From: a virus | Lineage: Duplodnaviria; Heunggongvirae; Uroviricota; Caudoviricetes | DNA: 38,464 nucleotides | IMG/VR virus record: IMGVR_UViG_2698536454_000007 | Reading direction: 5' to 3' (one strand) | Shown here: positions 6,983-15,778 of the stretch, one piece after another | Numbering within the stretch: the first letter of the stretch is position 1 | How the letters are laid out: the number at the start of each line of letters is the position of its first letter | Made by a program: the position numbers and the translations under genes | The notes under the pieces: generated by a model | Told to the model about the DNA's origin: nothing | The model's input: the letters and a program-made list of their open reading frames with translations, nothing else | The model's database searches: none

Positions 6983-7234
6983 ATGATGAACATCGAAGAA
7001 CTGCGTAAAATTTTTTGTGAAGATGGCCTCTATGCTGTGTGCGTTGAAAATGGAAATATTGTTAGTCATTACCGCATTGTGTGTTTGCGAAAGAATGGGG
7101 CTGCGTTAATTAATTTTGTGGATGGTCGAGTGACAGACGGATTTATCTTGCGCGAAGGTGAGTTTGTCACTTCATTACAGGCACTGAAAGAGATCGGAAT
7201 AAAAGCTGGCTTTTCTGCTTTTTCAGAAGAATAA
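6983..7234 (+). CDS. Rem-like small prophage protein (83 aa), function unknown
   Basis: GGAAGGA Shine-Dalgarno before ATG 6983; size and position (between hok and the DUF968 gene) match rem of Qin. Confidence 0.55.
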   Translation: MMNIEELRKIFCEDGLYAVCVENGNIVSHYRIVCLRKNGAALINFVDGRVTDGFILREGEFVTSLQALKEIGIKAGFSAFSEE

Positions 7235-7300
7235 ACTCATCTACAATCTTGCGCGGGGCTGAACTCCCGCTGAGTAACACCGTGCCGCCGGAGGAAACCG

Positions 7301-7579
7301 ATGGCACGCAACGCAAAATATTACAATCATGATAATTCGACCGTTCTTGCCCACACGCACGAGCGGTATTCTCACGCATTTAAGTCAGACTGGTACCAGC
7401 ATCCCCCATGCACTGAAGAACAGGCCGAATGGCTCATTCAGTGTTACCGCAGGCGCGGATGCGAGGTTAAAAAAGCCCTTAGCCTCGACTACCGTCACTG
7501 GATAATCTCCGTCGGGCTTCCTTACTCCGAACGCCCACCGCGTCTGTCCCGCACATTCCAGCAACGCATCTGGAGGTAA
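7301..7579 (+). CDS. Hypothetical protein (92 aa)
   Basis: GGAGGAAA Shine-Dalgarno 5 nt before ATG 7301; stop abuts the GTG start of the next gene. Confidence 0.55.
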   Translation: MARNAKYYNHDNSTVLAHTHERYSHAFKSDWYQHPPCTEEQAEWLIQCYRRRGCEVKKALSLDYRHWIISVGLPYSERPPRLSRTFQQRIWR

Positions 7580-7580
7580 C

Positions 7581-8630
7581 GTGCGGGTATTACTTCGACC
7601 TGTTCTGGTACCGGAACTCGGGCTGGTGGTCCTTAAGCCCGGTCGCGAATCACTGCCGGTTTTTCATTGCGGCAGGGTGCTGGTGGAGCCGGAACCGAAA
7701 AGCATGCGCGGTCTGCCGTCCGGAGTCGTCCCTGCCGTTCGCCAGCCGCTGGCGGAGGATAAATCATTACTGCCATTTTTCAGCGATGAGCGTGTGATTC
7801 GTGCTGCTGGCGGCGCTGGCGCACTGTCTGACTGGCTCCTGCGTCATGTCAAATCCTGCCAGTGGCCTCATGGTGACTACCATCACAGTGAAACCGTCAT
7901 ACATCGTTATGGTACCGGCGCAATGGTGTTGTGCTGGCACTGCGACAACCAGCTGCGCGACCAGACCTCCGAATCACTCGGGCAACTTGCTCACCAAAAC
8001 CTGTCTGCATGGATGATTGACGTCATACGCCATGCAATGAATGGCTCGCAGGAACGGGAATTATCGCTGGCTGAATTATCCTGGTGGGCGATCCGCAATC
8101 AGGTGGCGGACGCGCTACCGGAAGCGGTATTACGTCGTTCGCTGGGGTTGCGTGCGGAAAAAATCCGCTCAATGTACCGTGAAAGCGACATCGTACCGGG
8201 AGAGCAGACCGCCACCAGCATACTGAAACAGCGCACAAAAAATCTTGCGCCGCTGCCTCACGCCCACCAGCAACAGAACCCGCCACAGGAAAAGACGGTG
8301 GTCAGCATTGCTGTTGATCCGGAGTCTCCGGAATCTTTAATGAAGCGACCTAAACGTCGCCGTTGGGTAAATGAGAAATATACGCGCTGGGTAAAGACAC
8401 AGCCGTGTGCGTGTTGTGGTAAGCCAGCCGACGATCCCCATCACCTGATTGGTCATGGTCAGGGCGGAATAGGGACAAAAGCCCACGATATTTTCACGCT
8501 ACCGTTGTGCCGGGAGCATCACAACGAACTTCATGCTGATCCGCTGGCATTTGAAGAAAAGCATGGTTCCCAGATTGATTTAATTTTTCGTTTTCTTGAT
8601 CGCGCCTTTGCAACCGGCGTGCTCGGGTAA
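7581..8630 (+). CDS. DUF968-family protein (YdfU-like, 349 aa) with a C-terminal Cys/His-rich HNH-like motif
   Basis: GTG start with GGAGG 5 nt upstream; C-terminal CACCGKPADDPHHLIGHGQGG...LCREHHNELH; size and synteny match ydfU. Confidence 0.75.
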   Translation: MRVLLRPVLVPELGLVVLKPGRESLPVFHCGRVLVEPEPKSMRGLPSGVVPAVRQPLAEDKSLLPFFSDERVIRAAGGAGALSDWLLRHVKSCQWPHGDYHHSETVIHRYGTGAMVLCWHCDNQLRDQTSESLGQLAHQNLSAWMIDVIRHAMNGSQERELSLAELSWWAIRNQVADALPEAVLRRSLGLRAEKIRSMYRESDIVPGEQTATSILKQRTKNLAPLPHAHQQQNPPQEKTVVSIAVDPESPESLMKRPKRRRWVNEKYTRWVKTQPCACCGKPADDPHHLIGHGQGGIGTKAHDIFTLPLCREHHNELHADPLAFEEKHGSQIDLIFRFLDRAFATGVLG

Positions 8631-8642
8631 AAGAGGTTACTG

Positions 8643-9002
8643 ATGCGTATAGAGTTTGTTTTGCCTTACCCGCCGACGGTGAACACCTACTGGCGACGTC
8701 GTGGCAGCACATATTTTGTGTCAAAAGCCGGTGAGCGTTATCGCCGGGATGTGGCACTTATTGTTCGCCAGCAGCGGCTGAAATTAAACCTGTCCGGAAG
8801 GCTGGCGATAAAGATTATTGCAGAGCCACCGGATAAGCGCCGCCGCGACCTGGACAATATCCTGAAGGCACCACTGGATGCGCTTACGCATGCCGGACTA
8901 CTTATAGACGACGAGCAGTTTGATGAAATCAATATTGTGCGCGGTCAGCTCGTTTCTGGTGGGCGGCTGGGCGTGAAGATTTACAAAATTGAAAGTGAGT
9001 GA
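8643..9002 (+). CDS. rusA: Holliday junction resolvase RusA
   Basis: 119 aa; motifs PPTVNTYW and RRRDLDNILKAPLDALT are characteristic of RusA; AAGAGG Shine-Dalgarno. Confidence 0.85.
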   Translation: MRIEFVLPYPPTVNTYWRRRGSTYFVSKAGERYRRDVALIVRQQRLKLNLSGRLAIKIIAEPPDKRRRDLDNILKAPLDALTHAGLLIDDEQFDEINIVRGQLVSGGRLGVKIYKIESE

Positions 9003-9010
9003 GCATAAAT

Positions 9011-9565
9011 ATGATATACCCGGAAATTACAGGCAAAAGCGGTGAGCATTTACGCCTGAAAACGCTGGAAAGTGTCTGGATCCAGGGGAAACTGCGTATG
9101 TGGGGGCGTTGGTCGTATATTGGCGACGGTAAGACGGGAAATATGTTCAACCAATTACTGATCTCTAAAAAGCTGACAAAAACGGCAATTAACGAGGCGC
9201 TCCGGAGGATGAAAAAAGCGGGTCTGGACAAACCTGAACTTGAGGCTTTTTTGCGGGATATGATCAACGGCAATCAAAAAAGCTGGCTGGCACATTGTAC
9301 CGATTCAGAGGCGTTAATAATCGACAGGGTTATTGGTGAAGTACTGGCAGGTTATCCCGGGCTGCTCAATGTTCTGAGTCAGCGTTATGTGGGGCGGGGG
9401 ATGACTAAGCGCAAAATGGCTGAACTGCTGAATGATGCACATCCGGAATGGAGTTTAAGAACCTGTGAAAGACGCATTGAGCATTGGCTAAAGGTGGCAG
9501 AATTTATTTTGTACAAACCAATGGTTATGGCTTTTGGTATAGAGAAAAAAGTTATTGCTTTTTGA
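9011..9565 (+). CDS. Late-gene antiterminator Q-like protein
   Basis: Position (after rusA, immediately before an intrinsic terminator and the late-operon cargo and lysis genes) is the canonical Q slot; family assignment is by synteny. Alternative GTG start at 8999. Confidence 0.55.
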   Translation: MIYPEITGKSGEHLRLKTLESVWIQGKLRMWGRWSYIGDGKTGNMFNQLLISKKLTKTAINEALRRMKKAGLDKPELEAFLRDMINGNQKSWLAHCTDSEALIIDRVIGEVLAGYPGLLNVLSQRYVGRGMTKRKMAELLNDAHPEWSLRTCERRIEHWLKVAEFILYKPMVMAFGIEKKVIAF

Positions 9566-9642
9566 CGTAAAAACTGCTTCAATTCCGGTAAGCTTCGCAA
9601 AGCTGTACCGCGAGGCGAATAGCAGACATGGACATTTGAAAG

Positions 9643-9667
9643 AGCCCGCTTTTTGCGGGTTTTTTTA
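9643..9667 (+). terminator. Intrinsic terminator downstream of Q (tR'-like); the late promoter presumably lies in 9566-9640
   Basis: GCCCGC-TTTTT-GCGGG hairpin followed by a run of 7 T. The promoter itself is not resolved. Confidence 0.65.
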
Positions 9668-9987
9668 TGACTGAAAAACGGCACGGGGCGTTAAACGCGC
9701 TGGTGGTTGCTAATACCGGTCTTTCAACTTGCTGGCTTTTTCGACAAGAGTTATTGGTATGTCACGTTAACCGGAAAATGGAAAAAGGCATGCTAAAACA
9801 GCAGGATATGACCGAAACCGCCAGAGTGGTGTTTAATGAATTAAGCGTCACCGAACCGGCGACCGCCGGGGAAATTGCGCAGAACACTTATCTTTCACGC
9901 GAACGCTGCCAGTTAATACTGACCCAGCTTGTTATGGCGGGTCTGGCAGATTATCAGTTCGGTTGTTACAGACGCCTTCCTCAGTGA
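9667..9987 (+). CDS. Small putative winged-helix DNA-binding protein; start codon uncertain (9667, 9778 or 9790)
   Basis: C-terminal part ATAGEIAQNTYLSRERCQLILTQLVMAGLA looks like an HTH; none of the candidate starts has a good Shine-Dalgarno. Confidence 0.35.
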   Translation: MTEKRHGALNALVVANTGLSTCWLFRQELLVCHVNRKMEKGMLKQQDMTETARVVFNELSVTEPATAGEIAQNTYLSRERCQLILTQLVMAGLADYQFGCYRRLPQ

Positions 9988-10137
9988 AGGCTTTTTTATT
10001 TGTGGTAATGGGCGGCTGGTGGGTGTTAGCGGCACCTGCCAGCCATCTGCTCATGCGTTGGGGTCACAAGCAAACCTCAGGCCCATCTGCTTTGCGCAAA
10101 AGCGGTATGAGCCTATCAGAGAAGTGCTTATTGATCT

Positions 10138-11196
10138 ATGGCTAATACTGTAAAAATATCCAGTTGTGAGTTAATCAACGCTGATTGCCTGGAATTTATC
10201 CAGACCTTACCGGAAAACTCTGTCGATCTGATAGTCACAGACCCGCCATACTTTAAAGTGAAGCCCGAGGGCTGGGATAACCAGTGGAAGGGCGACGATG
10301 ATTACCTGAAGTGGCTGGACCAGTGTCTGGCGCAGTTCTGGCGGGTGCTGAAACCTGCCGGAAGTCTTTACCTGTTCTGTGGTCATCGCCTGGCATCTGA
10401 TATCGAAATCATGATGCGTGAACGCTTCAGTGTGCTGAACCATATTATCTGGGCGAAGCCGTCCGGACGCTGGAACGGATGCAACAAGGAAAGCCTGCGG
10501 GCGTATTTCCCCGCCACAGAGCGCATTCTGTTCGCGGAACATTATCAGGGGCCGTATCGTCCGAAAGATGCCGGGTATGCGGCGAAGGGCAGTGCACTGA
10601 AACAGCATGTGATGGCCCCGCTGATTTCTTACTTTCGTGATGCGCGCGCGGCCCTGGGGATAACGGCAAAACAGATTGCAGATGCCACAGGAAAGAAAAA
10701 CATGGTGTCGCACTGGTTCAGTGCCAGTCAGTGGCAGCTACCGAACGAAAGCGATTATCTGAAATTACAGTCGCTGTTTGCCCGGGTGGCAGAAGAGAAA
10801 CATCAGCGGGGAGAACTGGAAAAGTCCCATTACCAACTGGTCAGCACATACAGTGAGCTGAACCGGCAGTATATGGAACTGCTGAGTGAATATAAGCATC
10901 TGCGGCGGTATTTTGGCGTGACGGTGCAGGTGCCGTATACCGATGTGTGGACGCATAAACCGGTGCAGTTCTATCCCGGGAAACATCCGTGCGAAAAACC
11001 GGCAGAAATGCTGCAGCAGATAATCAGCGCTAGCAGTCGTCCGGGTGACCTGATTGCAGATTTTTTCATGGGGTCGGGTTCGACAGTGAAAGCGGCACTG
11101 GCGCTCGGGCGTCGTGCAATTGGCGTTGAGCTGGAGACTGAACGTTTTGAGCAGACGGTTCGGGAAGTACAGGATTTAGTCAGCCAGAACGGATGA
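10138..11196 (+). CDS. Orphan DNA N6-adenine methyltransferase, beta class (DPPY before FxGxG)
   Basis: Motif IV VTDPPY near the N-terminus and motif I FFMGSGST near the C-terminus; no endonuclease gene adjacent. Confidence 0.85.
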   Translation: MANTVKISSCELINADCLEFIQTLPENSVDLIVTDPPYFKVKPEGWDNQWKGDDDYLKWLDQCLAQFWRVLKPAGSLYLFCGHRLASDIEIMMRERFSVLNHIIWAKPSGRWNGCNKESLRAYFPATERILFAEHYQGPYRPKDAGYAAKGSALKQHVMAPLISYFRDARAALGITAKQIADATGKKNMVSHWFSASQWQLPNESDYLKLQSLFARVAEEKHQRGELEKSHYQLVSTYSELNRQYMELLSEYKHLRRYFGVTVQVPYTDVWTHKPVQFYPGKHPCEKPAEMLQQIISASSRPGDLIADFFMGSGSTVKAALALGRRAIGVELETERFEQTVREVQDLVSQNG

Positions 11197-11236
11197 TATT
11201 GAAGAATTAATTACGCGTCGTTATTATGCGGCTCCC

Positions 11237-11312
11237 GGCCCTTTAGCTCAGTGGTGAGAGCGAGCGACTCATAATCGCCAGGTCGCTGGTTCAAATCCAG
11301 CAAGGGCCACCA
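11237..11312 (+). tRNA. ileZ: tRNA with CAU anticodon (Met or lysidine-modified Ile2; ileZ-like)
   Basis: Cloverleaf: acceptor GGCCCTT/AAGGGCC, D-arm AGCTCAGTGGTGAGAGC, anticodon loop CTCATAA, T-arm GGTTCAAATCC, 3' CCA. Confidence 0.85.
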
Positions 11313-11319
11313 TCACATA

Positions 11320-11396
11320 CCGCTATTAGCTCATCAGGAAAGAGCGCCAGCCTTCGAAGCTGGCTGCGCGGGGTTCAAGTCCCCGATGGCGGTCCA
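11320..11396 (+). tRNA. argN: tRNA-Arg (anticodon UCG)
   Basis: Acceptor CCGCTAT/ATGGCGG, anticodon stem-loop GCCAG-CCTTCGAA-CTGGC, T-arm GGTTCAAGTCC, CCA end. Confidence 0.85.
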
Positions 11397-11409
11397 TTAT
11401 CTGCATCAT

Positions 11410-11486
11410 GCGTTGTTAGCTCAGCCGGACAGAGCAATTGCCTTCTAAGCAATCGGTCACTGGTTCGAATCCAGTACAACGCGCCA
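11410..11486 (+). tRNA. argO: tRNA-Arg (anticodon UCU, reads AGA)
   Basis: Acceptor GCGTTGT/ACAACGC, anticodon loop CCTTCTAAG, T-arm GGTTCGAATCC, CCA end. Confidence 0.85.
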
Positions 11487-11502
11487 CACTTATTTTCCCT
11501 GG

Positions 11503-11529
11503 CTCGCTTTTGCGGGCTTTTTTTTAAAT
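11503..11529 (+). terminator. Terminator after the tRNA cluster
   Basis: CTCGC-TTTT-GCGGG hairpin followed by CTTTTTTTTT. Confidence 0.6.
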
Positions 11530-11974
11530 GTCTCACAATTCAGACGGTTGACAGTTGTCTGTTTTGCGGGGAGTTTGTTAAAAGAAACTGGCATGGTGAA
11601 TCCCCCTGTGCGGAGGGGCAATCAGCGAGTAGGTATATGGGATAATCGCGGATTCAGGTGCTGGTACTGAATTCACCGGGAGGCACCCGGCACCATGCAA
11701 TGGCACATAGCGCCACTCTCCAGCCCCTCTCCGGAGGGGCTTTCTTATGGACAAAAAAAGCCCGCGCTGGGAGACGCGGGCGGCAAGGAATAAACAACAA
11801 AACGTGAAGTAATATTTCAGCTGGCGAATAATATCCGACAGTAATCACTCTGCGCAATAGCGCGGCCTTTTTCGTATTGCGGGCTGTTGTCTCTCTTCTG
11901 CCATTGTCCTGTAACTTCCGGACTTCAGCCCGCTCCTCATTTTACTCACAATATTATCCCGGCCGGGAGGATTC

Positions 11975-13837
11975 ATGGCATTTAAACACTATGATGTTGT
12001 CAGGGCGGTATCGCCGTCAGACCTTGCTGATGCACTTGCTCAAAAAATTCGTGAAGGATGGCAACCATACGGCGGGCCGTTTTCTTCGTATACGGATGAT
12101 GGCGCAGCACTTATTCAGGCGATTGTCGCAGAAGGTGATGTGGTCGTCAGTGGTGCAACTGAGCCGGAGTGGTACTACGTCATCGTACTGGCCGGGCAGT
12201 CTAATGCCATGGCTTACGGTGAAGGGCTTCCGCTTCCGGATTCATACGATGCGCCCCATCCGCGCATTAAGCAACTGGCCCGTCGTAACACAGTGACTCC
12301 CGGTGGTGAAGTATGCGTATTTAACGACATCATTCCTGCTGACCATTGTCTGCATGATGTTCAGGATATGAGTACGATTAATCATCCCCGGGCTGACCTG
12401 AGCAAAGGGCAGTACGGCTGTGTCGGACAGGGCTTACATATTGCCAAAAAACTGCTTCCGTATATCCCTAATAATGCGGGGATCCTGCTGGTACCATGCT
12501 GTCGTGGTGGTTCGGCATTCACCCAGGGCACGGAGGGGACATTCAGCGAGTCCACGGGGGCCAGTCAGGATTCGGCTCGCTGGGGAGTGGGTAAGCCGTT
12601 ATATCAGGATCTGCTTTTCCGCACGAAGGCAGCATTGCAGAAAAACCCGAAAAACGTTTTGCTGGCGATATGCTGGATGCAGGGGGAATTCGATATGACG
12701 AATGCCAGTTACGCCCAGCAGCCAGCAGCATTTCTTGCAATGGTACAGCAGTTCCGTGCTGACCTTGCCGGGCTGGCGGCGCAGTGTCACGGTGGAAGTC
12801 CGGCATCAGTCCCCTGGATTTGTGGCGACACGACATACGCGTGGAAACAAGAACACGGTACGCAATATGAAGTGGTATATGGTGCATATAAAGGTAAAGA
12901 ATCCCAGCAGATTTATTTTGTTCCCTTTATGACCGATGGTAGCGGAGTTAATACACCGACAAACAACCCGTCAGAAGATCCTGATATTGTCGGGTCTGGT
13001 TATTACGGTTCGGCATCCCGAACGAACAAAAACTGGGTATCATCAAATCGCCCGACGCATTTCAGCTCATGGGCGCGTCGTGGCATTATTCCCGATCGTA
13101 TGGCAACCGCTATTCTGAACGCAGCCGGGCGCACCTCAGCCTTCATTAGTGGTAAGGCACCGGAAATCAAACCCTCGCCCGGCGGCGACACGCCATCGGG
13201 GCCGTCTGAAGATGCATCCATACGCACAATCTCCCTGTTGCCGACAGCCGGAGACGCTGCTGCGCAGGGCTGGAGCATTAAGAATGGCGGAATTCAGTTG
13301 TCAGATGGTGTATTTAAGATCACCAAGCAGAGCAATAAAGCCTGGTCCCTGACGCGCCCGGTGGATGACGCAGTCTCCCTGCTGACACGGGGTGGCAGAC
13401 TGAGCTGTAAGTTTCGCCTGTCAGGCGCACTGACCAACAACCAGTTCGGTCTGGGAATTTATCTGTATACCGATGTAGCGTTACCTGACGTCGTGGCGAT
13501 GACCGGGACTGGTAACCCGTTCCTGATGTCGTTCTTCACCCAGACCACAGACGGCAAACTGAATCTGATGCATCACAAGAAAGCAGGAAACACAAAGTTG
13601 GGCGAGTTCGGGAATTACAGTAACGACTGGCAGACGCTGGAGCTGGTGTTCACCGCCGGCAGTGCCACGGTTGCTCCGAAACTGAATGGAGTGGCTGGCC
13701 CGGCATTCCAGGTCATAAAAGACAGTCTGACAGTGGGACTAAATGCACTGACGCTGACGGATATTACCAAAAATGCAACGTATGGCGTTGAGATAGAAAG
13801 TCTGGTGCTGGAGATAAATGCACCGGCATCATCATAA
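11975..13837 (+). CDS. nanS: Prophage NanS-p-type sialate O-acetylesterase (YjhS family), 620 aa
   Basis: SGNH/SASA signature [14 protein letters not shown] after an N-terminal DUF1737-like region; GGGAGG Shine-Dalgarno; occupies the slot just downstream of stxAB in Stx phages. Confidence 0.85.
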   Translation: MAFKHYDVVRAVSPSDLADALAQKIREGWQPYGGPFSSYTDDGAALIQAIVAEGDVVVSGATEPEWYYVIVLAGQSNAMAYGEGLPLPDSYDAPHPRIKQLARRNTVTPGGEVCVFNDIIPADHCLHDVQDMSTINHPRADLSKGQYGCVGQGLHIAKKLLPYIPNNAGILLVPCCRGGSAFTQGTEGTFSESTGASQDSARWGVGKPLYQDLLFRTKAALQKNPKNVLLAICWMQGEFDMTNASYAQQPAAFLAMVQQFRADLAGLAAQCHGGSPASVPWICGDTTYAWKQEHGTQYEVVYGAYKGKESQQIYFVPFMTDGSGVNTPTNNPSEDPDIVGSGYYGSASRTNKNWVSSNRPTHFSSWARRGIIPDRMATAILNAAGRTSAFISGKAPEIKPSPGGDTPSGPSEDASIRTISLLPTAGDAAAQGWSIKNGGIQLSDGVFKITKQSNKAWSLTRPVDDAVSLLTRGGRLSCKFRLSGALTNNQFGLGIYLYTDVALPDVVAMTGTGNPFLMSFFTQTTDGKLNLMHHKKAGNTKLGEFGNYSNDWQTLELVFTAGSATVAPKLNGVAGPAFQVIKDSLTVGLNALTLTDITKNATYGVEIESLVLEINAPASS

Positions 13838-13986
13838 AAAGTGAGCCAGTCAAATGGAAAGTATCGTTAAACTCACCGGTAGTGTCAGTGGGTCGTCTGA
13901 GACGCCTGCATGAGTTATCAGAGCCATCAGTACTTAACTGGTGGCTTTTTTATTGTTGTCAGCTTCCGGATAACGGGAGACGGGGT

Positions 13987-14202
13987 ATGTACCAGATGGA
14001 AAAAATCACAACAGGTGTGTCATACACCACGTCAGCGGTGGGAACGGGCTACTGGTTCCTGCAGTTGCTGGACAGGGTTTCCCCGTCTCAGTGGGCGGCA
14101 ATAGGCGTGCTGGGGAGTCTGCTGTTTGGGCTGCTGACATATCTGACTAACCTGTATTTCAAAATCAGAGAGGACCGTCGTAAGGCGGCACGGGGAGAGT
14201 AA
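13987..14202 (+). CDS. S: Class II pinholin, S21-type, with dual-start motif (Met1 and Met4)
   Basis: [71 protein letters not shown], 71 aa; GGGAGACGGGG Shine-Dalgarno. Confidence 0.85.
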   Translation: MYQMEKITTGVSYTTSAVGTGYWFLQLLDRVSPSQWAAIGVLGSLLFGLLTYLTNLYFKIREDRRKAARGE

Positions 14203-14206
14203 TTCA

Positions 14207-14551
14207 ATGACTCAAAACTATGAACTGATTGTGAAAGGGATCCGCAATTTTGAGAATAAAGTTACGGTAACTTTAGCGTTACGGGACAAAAAACGCTTTG
14301 ACGGTGAAATTTTTGACCTGGACATCTCGCTGGACCGTGTTGAAGGTGCCGCGCTGGAGTTTTATGAGGCAGCAGCCAGAAGGAGCATCAGACAGGTCTT
14401 CCTGGATGTTGCTGCCGGGTTATGTGAAGGGGATGAGCAGTCACCGGAAAAGCGCCCCATAATTTTAGAGGCGCAGGGTGTGTGGATAACCTACAAAGGA
14501 AAACTGCCGGGAAGAATTACTGGTTCACTGAAGACTCCGCCGAAATGGTAA
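14207..14551 (+). CDS. YdfR-like protein (114 aa) inserted between holin and endolysin
   Basis: GGGGAGAG Shine-Dalgarno 7 nt before ATG, 4 nt after the holin stop; position matches ydfR between essQ and rrrQ in Qin. Confidence 0.6.
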   Translation: MTQNYELIVKGIRNFENKVTVTLALRDKKRFDGEIFDLDISLDRVEGAALEFYEAAARRSIRQVFLDVAAGLCEGDEQSPEKRPIILEAQGVWITYKGKLPGRITGSLKTPPKW

Positions 14552-14789
14552 TTTCACCAGCATATTTTTCTTCCAGTAATGCCGCCAGCCACTTGAAAGA
14601 ATTTTGTTGTTCCTGGGACCATTTGGGGTTGCGTGACTCAAGCAGAAGCGATGCCAGTGTTGGTTGCATTTGTTCTCTGGGAATTGAGAAGGCCAGATAT
14701 GAAAATGCAACAGTGAGAGCATTTACATCATCCCGAAGCCTGGAAATGCAGTCGAGCAACTCCTGTAGAGAAATGGTGTTATTGTCCAT
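14517..14789 (-). CDS. Hypothetical protein (90 aa) encoded antisense within the lysis cassette
   Basis: Minus-strand ATG at 14789 with GAGGA 6 nt upstream and a TACAAT -10-like hexamer just upstream; 3' end overlaps the YdfR-like gene by 35 nt. Confidence 0.5.
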   Translation of the reverse strand: MDNNTISLQELLDCISRLRDDVNALTVAFSYLAFSIPREQMQPTLASLLLESRNPKWSQEQQNSFKWLAALLEEKYAGEITISAESSVNQ

Positions 14790-14894
14790 AAATAATCCTC
14801 ATGATTGTATTGACCTGTTAGCAGCCTGAGGCAACAGGCTGGAACTGATAAACATATCCAGGGGTCCGGAACCGATAAATCCTGATAAATATCC

Positions 14895-15428
14895 ATGAAC
14901 GCAAAAATCAGATACGGCCTGTCGGCTGCCGTTCTGGCGCTGATTGGTGCAGGGACGTCTGCGCCTGAAATCCTCGACCAGTTTCTTGACGAAAAAGAAG
15001 GTAACCACACCACGGCATACCGTGATGGTGCGGGGATCTGGACCATCTGCCGCGGTGCCACCCGAGTGGATGGTAAGCCTGTCGTCCCGGGTATGAAGTT
15101 ATCGAAGGAAAAGTGCGACCAGGTTAACGCCATTGAACGTGATAAGGCGCTGGAGTGGGTGGAGCGCAATATTAAAGTACCGCTGACCGAACCCCAGAAG
15201 GCGGGTATCGCGTCATTTTGTCCTTATAACATTGGCCCCGGTAAGTGTTTCCCGTCTACGTTTTACAGACGGATTAATGCAGGTGATCGAAAAGGTGCCT
15301 GCGAAGCGATTCGCTGGTGGATTAAGGACGGTGGCAGAGACTGCCGTATCCGCTCAAATAATTGCTACGGTCAGGTATCCCGGCGAGACCAGGAAAGTGC
15401 ACTGGCGTGCTGGGGAATTGACAGATAA
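14895..15428 (+). CDS. R: SAR endolysin (T4-lysozyme-like, GH24), RrrD/RrrQ-type
   Basis: N-terminal signal-anchor-release segment YGLSAAVLALIGAGTSA followed by the catalytic region EGNHTTAYRDGAGIWTICRG; the sequence matches recalled DLP12 RrrD almost throughout. Confidence 0.9.
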   Translation: MNAKIRYGLSAAVLALIGAGTSAPEILDQFLDEKEGNHTTAYRDGAGIWTICRGATRVDGKPVVPGMKLSKEKCDQVNAIERDKALEWVERNIKVPLTEPQKAGIASFCPYNIGPGKCFPSTFYRRINAGDRKGACEAIRWWIKDGGRDCRIRSNNCYGQVSRRDQESALACWGIDR

Positions 15429-15520
15429 GCAGAATATTTTGCTGAAAAATGACGTTGGCCAACGCGGGCGGATAACACGAAATCCTGCGAACTGGCAAAA
15501 ACTAAGTGAATAAAAGTAAA

Positions 15521-15560
15521 ACCCCGTTTGTTGGCCGCAAACGGGGTTTTGTGTTTCTGA
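15521..15560 (+). terminator. Strong intrinsic terminator downstream of the endolysin gene
   Basis: 11-12 bp perfect stem AAACCCCGTTTG...CAAACGGGGTTT followed by TGTGTTTCT. Confidence 0.7.
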
Positions 15561-15583
15561 CCTTGAGTAAGGCAAGGGAGAAC

Positions 15584-15766
15584 ATGGGAAAGTATAAACG
15601 AATTCTGTTGAGATTGACTATGAAAAACGGCCTTGAACTGAAAGCGCCTGTAACTGATGACGTCAGCAGAGCGCTGGCTTTTGCTATTAAGTGGGTGGCG
15701 GTCGGTATTGCTGTGTCTCCGATGCTGTATGGGCTGGCAAAACTGGTCATTGCGTTGAAATCGTGA
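15584..15766 (+). CDS. Small hypothetical protein (60 aa) with a C-terminal hydrophobic segment
   Basis: AAGGGAG Shine-Dalgarno 4 nt before ATG 15584; the ORF-track entry at 15506 is a longer version that runs through the terminator hairpin. Confidence 0.4.
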   Translation: MGKYKRILLRLTMKNGLELKAPVTDDVSRALAFAIKWVAVGIAVSPMLYGLAKLVIALKS

Positions 15767-15778
15767 AGAGGATTAAGC

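Noticed and set aside
11654-11857. 67-aa minus-strand ORF in the stx-equivalent slot
   Set aside because: Runs through two terminator hairpins, has no ribosome-binding site and an Arg/Pro-rich composition; the interval is more likely structured non-coding DNA.
13882-13986. N-terminal extension of the holin ORF in the six-frame track
   Set aside because: The Shine-Dalgarno and the dual-start motif place the real start at 13987; the upstream part overlaps a hairpin and has no ribosome-binding site.
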